A stretch of 64,000 nucleotides of DNA from a bacterium (GTDB lineage Bacteria > Patescibacteriota > Minisyncoccia > Phycocordibacterales > UBA5272). Made by a program: the position numbers and the translations under genes. The notes under the pieces were generated by a model. That model did not search any database. It was given only the letters and a program-made list of their open reading frames with translations, and was not told where the DNA came from. Positions 56,862 to 64,000 of this stretch are shown here, one piece after another. The stretch covers positions 29,268 through 93,267 of the forward strand of contig JAYVHM010000003.1 in the NCBI GenBank assembly GCA_043771335.1, in the 5' to 3' direction. Numbering within the stretch: position 1 is the stretch's first letter; each line of letters begins with the position of its first letter.

Positions 56862-56966
56862 TTTGTTTTCTCCTGTTGTTGAAAATATGCTTTATACTAA
56901 CATATAATATGTGATTTAGCAACATATTTTCTTTGTGTTATAATGGTAATAATTAAAAATATTTAT

Positions 56967-58022
56967 ATGATTTTTTTCGACAATCTTAAAAATAAATTCT
57001 CAAATGAAATAGGCATAGACCTAGGTACTGCGAACACTCTCGTATATGTTCGTGGTGTAGGTATAGTTATAAACGAGCCATCGGTAGTTGCAGTGAATGT
57101 AAAGACAGACAGAATAGTGGCCATAGGAGAAGCAGCAAAACAAATGATGGGACGCACACCAACACATATAAAATGTGTACGTCCATTAGTTGATGGCGTG
57201 ATTAGTGATTATGAGGTAACAGAGGAGATGCTTAGCTATTTGATTAACAAAGCCAACAGCATACACAAGAAAATATTAAGACCAAGAGTAGTAGTAGGTG
57301 TCCCAGTTGGTATTACGAACGTTGAGACACGCGCGGTGTATGATGCTGCGCGCGCCGCAGGCGCGCGCGAAGTATACATTATAGAGGAACCTATGGCAGC
57401 AGCTATTGGTATAAAGATGCCAGTGCATGATGCAGAAGGGTCAATGATAGTAGATATAGGAGGAGGGACAACAGACGTTGCCGTCATATCTCTTTCTGGT
57501 ATAGTTAAGGCTAAATCACTTAAAATAGCAGGAGATAAAATAAGTAGTGATATTATCTCTTATTTAAAAGATGAATACAAAATACAAATAGGAGAAAAAA
57601 CAGCTGAAGAGATAAAAGAGCAAATAGGTTCAGCCATGCCAATAGGAGAACCGGTAGAAGTCAGTATCAAAGGTCGTGACATGGTAAGCGGATTACCAAA
57701 AGAAATATTTGTGAGCGATAGTGATATTAGAAAAAGTATGTATTCATCTATATCTCAAATCATAGACTGTGTACGTGAAGTTATAGAGATGACACCTCCA
57801 GAGGTTCTAACAGATATTATGAGAAAGGGTATCACTTTGTCGGGTGGTGGAGCTTTGATTCGTGGACTGGACGAGTTGATGCGCATACAATTAAAAGTGC
57901 CAGTTAATATTTGTGATGACCCATTAACAGCTGTGGCGCGTGGTTGTGGTATAATCTTAGAAGACGTAAGTAAATACAAAGATGTATTAATAAAAGACCA
58001 TGAAGAGATCTCATACAGATAA
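56967..58022 (+). CDS. mreB: Rod shape-determining protein MreB
   Basis: IGIDLGTANTLVYVRG, DIGGGTTDVAVISL, actin-fold ATPase. Start at the second Met, 21 nt after TGTTATAAT. Confidence 0.9.
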   Translation: MIFFDNLKNKFSNEIGIDLGTANTLVYVRGVGIVINEPSVVAVNVKTDRIVAIGEAAKQMMGRTPTHIKCVRPLVDGVISDYEVTEEMLSYLINKANSIHKKILRPRVVVGVPVGITNVETRAVYDAARAAGAREVYIIEEPMAAAIGIKMPVHDAEGSMIVDIGGGTTDVAVISLSGIVKAKSLKIAGDKISSDIISYLKDEYKIQIGEKTAEEIKEQIGSAMPIGEPVEVSIKGRDMVSGLPKEIFVSDSDIRKSMYSSISQIIDCVREVIEMTPPEVLTDIMRKGITLSGGGALIRGLDELMRIQLKVPVNICDDPLTAVARGCGIILEDVSKYKDVLIKDHEEISYR

Positions 58023-58815
58023 TAATAAAATAGGTTTGCTTATAATATCCTTTTTGATTATTCTTGGTATTACTTTTACTGTTTCTAGATTTTATAAAAA
58101 CTTTTTTGTAAATATTTTTTCAAATACAATAATATTCTTGTCACCAAATGATGAAGAGCTTAGTATAGCCAAAAATGAAAATGAGACCTTGAAAAATGAA
58201 ATAGACAGATTACGTATAATAATAACAGAAAAAGACATAAAAGAAGAAGAGATAGGTAGTGGCTTAACTGATATGATAAAAGCTGAAAAAATAAGTTTTG
58301 ATATTTTAAATACAGATATAATTTATTCTGATATTATTTTAAGTAAAGGCAGTAACAATGGAGTTAGTTTGGGAAGTAAAGTATATTTGTCTGGGATGAG
58401 ACTTGTCGGCGAAGTTGTGGAAGTTTTTGAAAACACTTCTAAGTTACGTCTCTTTTCTTCTGATAATCTAGAGACAGAATTAATAATCAAAAACTCTTTG
58501 CAAAGTGTTGGAGATATAGAAATAAATACAGAGTCCTCATCTGCAAAAATAGAAGAAGGTACAAGTCTAGATTTTAAGAATTTAAAAGATTACGCTTTTT
58601 CTGGTTTTGGTGATGGGGCATTTGGCATACAAGTAAAAGTTCCAGAAAAGCTTAGTGTAAAAGTCGGAGAAGCCGTATTTCTAAGGGGTGATACTTCTCA
58701 CAGCATAGGAACAGTGCAAGAGATAAAAAACATCACTAGTCAAAAAGAAAAATTACTTTTTATAAAAACTAATTATTCAAAAGGTGAAGGTTCTAGTTTT
58801 TATATATTAAAATAA
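58000..58815 (+). CDS. mreC: Rod shape-determining protein MreC-like
   Basis: N-terminal TM, coiled coil (LKNEIDRLRIIITEKD), then beta-rich domain. Position directly after mreB, overlapping it by 23 nt. Confidence 0.55.
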   Translation: MKRSHTDNNKIGLLIISFLIILGITFTVSRFYKNFFVNIFSNTIIFLSPNDEELSIAKNENETLKNEIDRLRIIITEKDIKEEEIGSGLTDMIKAEKISFDILNTDIIYSDIILSKGSNNGVSLGSKVYLSGMRLVGEVVEVFENTSKLRLFSSDNLETELIIKNSLQSVGDIEINTESSSAKIEEGTSLDFKNLKDYAFSGFGDGAFGIQVKVPEKLSVKVGEAVFLRGDTSHSIGTVQEIKNITSQKEKLLFIKTNYSKGEGSSFYILK

Positions 58816-58817
58816 AT

Positions 58818-58970
58818 ATGAAAGATATTTTGATAAAGTTTCTATTGATTTTTGTTCCAAGCGTTAGCTTGTTGTTAGATATCATATATACAAAAAACAT
58901 ACCGGTTTACAGTCTGCTCATATTAATGTTATTATCTATATATTATGTTATTTCTTCTAAAGTCAGGTAA
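58818..58970 (+). CDS. Possible 50-aa two-helix membrane micro-protein at the position where mreD is expected
   Basis: MKDILIKFLLIFVPSVSLLLDIIYTKNIPVYSLLILMLLSIYYVISSKVR. Starts 3 nt after the mreC stop and overlaps the PBP2 start in another frame. Confidence 0.25.
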   Translation: MKDILIKFLLIFVPSVSLLLDIIYTKNIPVYSLLILMLLSIYYVISSKVR

Positions 58971-60651
58971 AAAAAATAGCCACGAGATACATCCAGAAGA
59001 GATATTTATAGATTCTACAAATATTTCAAATCTAGATAGCGATAGCTTTGAAGGTAGATTTGAGAAAAATATAAATGTGATTATATTTATAATTTTTGGT
59101 GTCATATCTGCCTTCCTTTTTTCTTTTTTTATTTACAAGTTATATATGCATCAGGTTTATAAGTATGATTATTGGAATAATTTTGCTATGAATAATTACA
59201 TAAAAAAGAGTCCCATTTTTCCAGCACGAGGTATAATAAAAGATAGAAATGGTGAGACTATAGCCTGGAATGAGGACCCTGAGATGGCAACAAGTAGTAT
59301 ACCAAAAAGATTTTACATAACAAGTGCAGGACTGTCATCCACTCTCGGATATATGTCTTATCCTAAAAAAGATAAGTCAGGAGTTTTCTGGCAAGATACT
59401 TATAAAGGTCAATCAGGATTAGAAAAGCAATACAATGATTTGCTCTCTGGAGTGCGTGGGGAAAAGATTTATGAAGTGTCTGTAAATGGAAAAATTACAA
59501 ATGACAATATAGCAAAAGAAGCAAAAGATGGAGCAGATCTAGAGACATATATAGATATTAATATACAAAAAGCTTTTTATAAATATTTAAAAGAAGTTGT
59601 CGACGCTCAGAGTTTTTCTGGGGGAGCGGGTATTATGATGGACGTTAACAGTGGTCAGGTTCTGGCTCTCGCGTCATACCCTGATTATGACAATAATCTT
59701 TTTTCTAATGCCGAGACAGAAGAAGAGAAGGATAAGAAAAATAATTACTTAACTAGTAAAAAAACTCCAATGCTTAACAGGGCAGTTAGCGGAGTGTATG
59801 TGCCAGGCTCAGTGGTTAAGCCCTTTATGGCCTATGCCGCACTGAACGAAGGGGTAATAGATCAGTATCAGAATATTTTCTCAAGCGGTAAATTAGTAAT
59901 TAAAAATAAATATGATGGACCAGATACTATTTTTCGCGACTGGAAGGCTCATGGTTATGTTGATGCGAGGCACGCCATAGCAGTTAGTAGTGATGAATAT
60001 TTTTATCAAGTCGGTGGTGGTTATGGGGATCAAAAAGGATTAGGAATAGACAGAATAGAAAAGTATATGAAAGGATTTGGATTCGCATCTTCAACTGGTA
60101 TTGATTTACCATTAGAAAAAATAGGAGTAGTGCCGAGTAAAGCTTGGAAAGAGAAGAGCTTTGAAGAAGGGACATGGCTGCTCGGTAATACTTATCATAC
60201 TGCTATAGGTCAATACGGTTTTCAGACTTCACCCATATCTCTCGCTCGCTCTGTGGCCATAATAGCTAATGGTGGTAAGATTATAATTCCAAAAATAGCC
60301 AGCACCACTGAGAATAACAAAGTAAAAGACTATGTAGATTTAAAATTAAATAAAGATTTCTTAAAAGTCTCACGTGAAGGCATGGCCCTATCTGCAAGTG
60401 AGATAGGTACAGCGCATTATTTTAATGATTTGCCATTTACTGTAGCTGCAAAGACAGGTACGGCTCAGCTGGGATTACATAATGAGAGGGTTAATTCATG
60501 GAGCGCTGGATATTTTCCAAGAGAGAATCCAAAATATGTCTTTGTTTTTATGATGGAGGGTGGTCCAGCTACTAATAAGGTGGGGGCGAGTAAGATGATG
60601 AGAAAAGTCTTTTCAGATATATTAGAAAAAGAACCAGACTTTTGGAAATAA
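58945..60651 (+). CDS. mrdA: Penicillin-binding protein 2 (elongasome transpeptidase)
   Basis: N-terminal TM. SxxK (PGSVVKPF), SxN-like SSDEY, KTGTAQ box. 568 aa after mreBC. Confidence 0.8.
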   Translation: MLFLLKSGKKNSHEIHPEEIFIDSTNISNLDSDSFEGRFEKNINVIIFIIFGVISAFLFSFFIYKLYMHQVYKYDYWNNFAMNNYIKKSPIFPARGIIKDRNGETIAWNEDPEMATSSIPKRFYITSAGLSSTLGYMSYPKKDKSGVFWQDTYKGQSGLEKQYNDLLSGVRGEKIYEVSVNGKITNDNIAKEAKDGADLETYIDINIQKAFYKYLKEVVDAQSFSGGAGIMMDVNSGQVLALASYPDYDNNLFSNAETEEEKDKKNNYLTSKKTPMLNRAVSGVYVPGSVVKPFMAYAALNEGVIDQYQNIFSSGKLVIKNKYDGPDTIFRDWKAHGYVDARHAIAVSSDEYFYQVGGGYGDQKGLGIDRIEKYMKGFGFASSTGIDLPLEKIGVVPSKAWKEKSFEEGTWLLGNTYHTAIGQYGFQTSPISLARSVAIIANGGKIIIPKIASTTENNKVKDYVDLKLNKDFLKVSREGMALSASEIGTAHYFNDLPFTVAAKTGTAQLGLHNERVNSWSAGYFPRENPKYVFVFMMEGGPATNKVGASKMMRKVFSDILEKEPDFWK

Positions 60652-60721
60652 AAAGTATTTTTAAGAATTAGTCAATAGTGATAAAAATTACAAAAAATGG
60701 TATAATGTCATTAATAAAAAT

Positions 60722-61189
60722 ATGCAAGAAAAAGAATATATTACTTTAGAAAAAAAAGCTTCACTCGAGGCTGAGCTTAATGAATTAGTAACTCTTAAAA
60801 GACCTGAGATAGCAGCAGCTCTCGAGTATGCAAAATCTCTCGGTGACCTCTCTGAAAATGCAGAATATCACCAATCAAGAGAGGATCAAGCTCACCTAGA
60901 AGACAGAATAAAGGAAATAGAGCACATACTCAGAAATGCTGAGATATCAGAACGTCATCATGCTGACATTGTCGAGTTAGGTGCTACAGTATCAGTAAAG
61001 AAAAAAGGAGACAAAGAAGTCAAAAAGTTTTTTATAGTAGGTAGCGAAGAGGCCGATGTTCAAGACGGTAAAATATCAAATGAATCACCACTAGGAAAAG
61101 CATTACTAGGTAAAAAAGAAAAAGATGAAGCAACTTTTAATAATCCAAAAGGAGACGAGGTTACTTATGTTGTGGTTGCTATAGATTAG
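60722..61189 (+). CDS. greA: Transcription elongation factor GreA
   Basis: N-terminal coiled-coil ITLEKKASLEAELNEL...LSENAEYHQSRE, C-terminal FKBP-like domain. 155 aa. Confidence 0.9.
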   Translation: MQEKEYITLEKKASLEAELNELVTLKRPEIAAALEYAKSLGDLSENAEYHQSREDQAHLEDRIKEIEHILRNAEISERHHADIVELGATVSVKKKGDKEVKKFFIVGSEEADVQDGKISNESPLGKALLGKKEKDEATFNNPKGDEVTYVVVAID

Positions 61190-61264
61190 TTATTTTTTAA
61201 ATAAATTAAAAACTCTAATTAATTAGAGTTTTTAATTTACTATTATTTTTGCTATAATACAAAT

Positions 61265-63127
61265 ATGAAAACCTTAAACGAAGTAAGAAAAATATACCTA
61301 GACCACATGAAAAACCATGCGATATATCCGCACGTGGTGATAGGTAGTAGTGCGCTAGTGCCGGACAATGACCCTACTACTCTTTTTACTGGCTCAGGTA
61401 TGCAGCCGATGTTGCCATACTTGCTAGGTCAAAAGCATCCGCTCGGCGTGCGTATCGCAGACAGTCAAAAATGTTTCCGCTCGCAAGATATAGAGGAGGT
61501 GGGGGACAACAGACATACGACATTTTTTGAGATGCTCGGCAATTGGTCACTTGGCGACTATTTCAAAGAGGAGCAGATAGACATCATGTGGGACTTCCTC
61601 ATAAACAAGCTCGAACTCGACCCTGCGAGACTATATATCTCTGTATATGCTGGCAATGAGTCGCTAGGTATCACTCGCGATGAGGTGGCGATAAGTAAGT
61701 GGACAGAAAAGTTCGCGAGCCTTGGCATGGATGCAAAAGATAAAATATTTGAATACCCTGATAAGAAAAATTGGTGGAGCAGATCTGGTGTCCCAGAGAA
61801 CATGCCAGTAGGTGAGCCAGGAGGTCCAGACACTGAGATGTTTTATGATTTTGATCCAAAAAATGAAAACAAGATACATGAGAAGAGTGTATGGATGGAA
61901 GAAGAATGTCATATCAACTGCGATTGTGGTAGATATGTAGAGATAGGAAACAATGTGTTCATGCAGTACAAAAAAACAGAGACTGGAGTAGAAGAACTCG
62001 CCCAGAAAAATGTTGACTTTGGTGGAGGTCTAGAGCGTATGGCAGCAGCAGTGCGTGATGACAGTGATGTTTTTAATCTGGATGTATTTGAAAATGCAAA
62101 AAGTATAATCAAAAATATCTCAAATCAAAACTACGAAGGTGAAAATGTATATGCCTATAGAGTGATGCTAGACCATTTGCGTGCAGCGACATTTCTCATC
62201 GGCGATGGAGTATATCCTGGCAACAAAGATCAACAATACTTTGTGAGGAGACTCATCAGGCGTGCGGTAAGATTTGCGAAGAAGTTAAATATCAATGATA
62301 ACTTCACCAGAGAAGTCTCAAAGACTTTTATAGATTATTATAAAAACGAATATACCAATCTCAGTGAAAAAGAAACAGATATATTAAAAATAATGGAAGA
62401 TGAGGAAGTGAAATTTAGAAAGACTCTCGAGAATGGTTTGAAAGAATTTGAAAAGATTTCAAAAAATACTAATTGGGAAGTAAATGGAGTACAGGACAAA
62501 AATTTTATATCTGGGGAAGAAGCTTTTAACTTAGCGCAAAGTTTTGGATTTCCAATAGAGCTTACTGAAGAATTGGCAAAAGAAAAAGGTTTAGCAGTCG
62601 ATATGGAGAGTTTTAAAATCTTAAAAGATGCGCATAGTGAAGCTAGTCGTACAGCGTCAGCTGGTAAGTTCAAAGGTGGTATGGGTGGTGACGGCGAGAT
62701 AGAGACCAAGTATCACACAGCAACACATATGCTGCACGAGGCACTACGCCAAACGCTCGGTGAGCATGTGTCTCAAAAAGGGAGTAACATCACGAGCGAG
62801 AGACTGCGCTTTGACTTTTCTCACGATAACAAAATGACTGATGAAGAAAAGAAAAAAGTAGAAGACATAGTGAATGCAGAGATAAAAGCAAATCTAAAAG
62901 TAACTCGCGAAGAGGTGAGTTATGACAAAGCACGTGAGATGGGGGCTATAGGAGTATTTGATAATAAATACGGTGAGATGGTGAGCGTGTATCATGTCGG
63001 AGACTTTTCTCTCGAGTTCTGTGGTGGTCCGCATGTGGAGCATACAGGTGACATGGGAACTTTTAAAATATTAAAAGAAGAAGCAGTATCAGCTGGTGTC
63101 CGCCGTATAAAAGCAGAACTATACTAA
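61265..63127 (+). CDS. alaS: Alanyl-tRNA synthetase, short form lacking C-terminal C-Ala domain
   Basis: TLFTGSGMQP, HTTFFEMLGNWSLGDYFK (class II AlaRS catalytic core), editing-domain HTATHMLHEAL. Only 620 aa. Confidence 0.85.
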   Translation: MKTLNEVRKIYLDHMKNHAIYPHVVIGSSALVPDNDPTTLFTGSGMQPMLPYLLGQKHPLGVRIADSQKCFRSQDIEEVGDNRHTTFFEMLGNWSLGDYFKEEQIDIMWDFLINKLELDPARLYISVYAGNESLGITRDEVAISKWTEKFASLGMDAKDKIFEYPDKKNWWSRSGVPENMPVGEPGGPDTEMFYDFDPKNENKIHEKSVWMEEECHINCDCGRYVEIGNNVFMQYKKTETGVEELAQKNVDFGGGLERMAAAVRDDSDVFNLDVFENAKSIIKNISNQNYEGENVYAYRVMLDHLRAATFLIGDGVYPGNKDQQYFVRRLIRRAVRFAKKLNINDNFTREVSKTFIDYYKNEYTNLSEKETDILKIMEDEEVKFRKTLENGLKEFEKISKNTNWEVNGVQDKNFISGEEAFNLAQSFGFPIELTEELAKEKGLAVDMESFKILKDAHSEASRTASAGKFKGGMGGDGEIETKYHTATHMLHEALRQTLGEHVSQKGSNITSERLRFDFSHDNKMTDEEKKKVEDIVNAEIKANLKVTREEVSYDKAREMGAIGVFDNKYGEMVSVYHVGDFSLEFCGGPHVEHTGDMGTFKILKEEAVSAGVRRIKAELY

Positions 63128-63179
63128 CGTTAGATAGTATGCTAGTATTAGAGTGTCTTTAATTAAAAAGGAGTTCCTT

Positions 63180-63719
63180 GTGAATGAAAAACAGTTTCAG
63201 TTTCTATATATAAAGCACCCTTTACTAGGCAGTCTTTACAATAAAGCTTATAATTTATTTGGTTTACCATACAGGGTATTAATTTGTAAAAAGTATATTG
63301 ATGCTTATAGAAAAACAGCAGCAAAGTTCAGTGTTGGGGATGTGGTTATTTTAAAAGACATACCAGCAAAAGGTAAAGTAAAAATTATGTTAGCCCCAGC
63401 AGTACAAGAGACTCTTGGTGTTCCAGAACATAAACAAGATGAAGGAAATTCAGTAGAAATGGAATTACCTACATCGCAAAAAGGTACACTTGTGCATTCT
63501 TTTTTTGAAGATAGGGACCCGTGGGTCATCGAATCTTTTACCGATTTGAATTTTAAAAACTGGATGCATGGTAAGGTTGTGCGTGGGTATAGTAATAGTA
63601 TACCTGGTTCTGCAGTAATACGCCCACTAGATGAATCTAAGATCTTGTGGCCAGAAAAAACTTATCTTGGACTAAACAAGATATGTATCCCTCTGAGTCT
63701 TTTTGAGAAGGTTGAATAA
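63180..63719 (+). CDS. Hypothetical protein (GTG start, SD-led)
   Basis: AAAAAGGAG 7 nt upstream of GTG at 63180. About 179 aa, no recognised motif. Confidence 0.4.
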   Translation: MNEKQFQFLYIKHPLLGSLYNKAYNLFGLPYRVLICKKYIDAYRKTAAKFSVGDVVILKDIPAKGKVKIMLAPAVQETLGVPEHKQDEGNSVEMELPTSQKGTLVHSFFEDRDPWVIESFTDLNFKNWMHGKVVRGYSNSIPGSAVIRPLDESKILWPEKTYLGLNKICIPLSLFEKVE

Positions 63720-63821
63720 TTTTAATTCATAGCCAGCGCTTGCGCTGGATATTTTTATTTGTCTTTAAAAAACATCTGTGTTAGTATTAAAATATCCAAA
63801 CAGATAAAGGCTTAAAACATT

Positions 63822-64000
63822 ATGAACAAAAAAGACTCTTGTATTATCATAGATTTTGATGGTACCATCACTAAGAAAAATGTGATGGGGGGGGTAGTGC
63901 CTTCGATAATCTCTACACTTCGAAGCGAAGGACATCTTGGTTCTGCTTACAGTGAGGCTGCTTATGCTCTCGAGGCAAAGTATAGACCGATGGAGATTAG
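63822..64000 (+). CDS. HAD-superfamily hydrolase, N-terminal fragment (3' end cut by window edge)
   Basis: DFDGTIT motif (HAD motif I DxDGT) near the N-terminus. Confidence 0.4.
   Translation, partial: MNKKDSCIIIDFDGTITKKNVMGGVVPSIISTLRSEGHLGSAYSEAAYALEAKYRPMEI

Overview
This 64 kb window is AT-rich (roughly 30% GC) and looks like part of a small, streamlined bacterial genome. My inference, not a proven fact, is a CPR/Parcubacteria-like organism, based on the ribosomal-operon gaps, a short AlaRS and near-absent Shine-Dalgarno use. It is dominated by core information-processing genes: the 3' end of fusA, tuf followed by a truncated S10 cluster (rpsJ to rplX), secE-nusG-rplK, rpoB-rpoC, dnaG-rpoD, secA, ftsA-ftsZ, mreB-mreC-PBP2, greA, alaS, argS, murF, ybeY, rpsU, rplY and rpmE. 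Most genes sit directly behind TGnTATAAT boxes with no SD (leaderless or short-leader), and GC-rich hairpin terminators often overlap the next promoter. Three accessory regions stand out. First, an envelope redox island (about 1.9-7.2 kb) holds a DsbB-like protein, an XRE regulator next to a perfect palindrome, a secreted methionine-rich protein, membrane-anchored MsrAB, a flavodoxin-like oxidoreductase and TrxB. Second, about 30.8-33.0 kb holds four small genes that, unlike the rest, carry strong AGGAG SD sites, 40-50 nt leaders, a shared promoter type and 5'-terminal hairpins that differ in sequence but preserve structure. Third, a 1093-aa membrane-anchored tail-fibre-like protein with a phage-type intramolecular chaperone domain sits immediately after rplX, where rplE...secY would normally continue. 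No CRISPR array, restriction-modification system, transposase or rRNA/tRNA gene was recognised.
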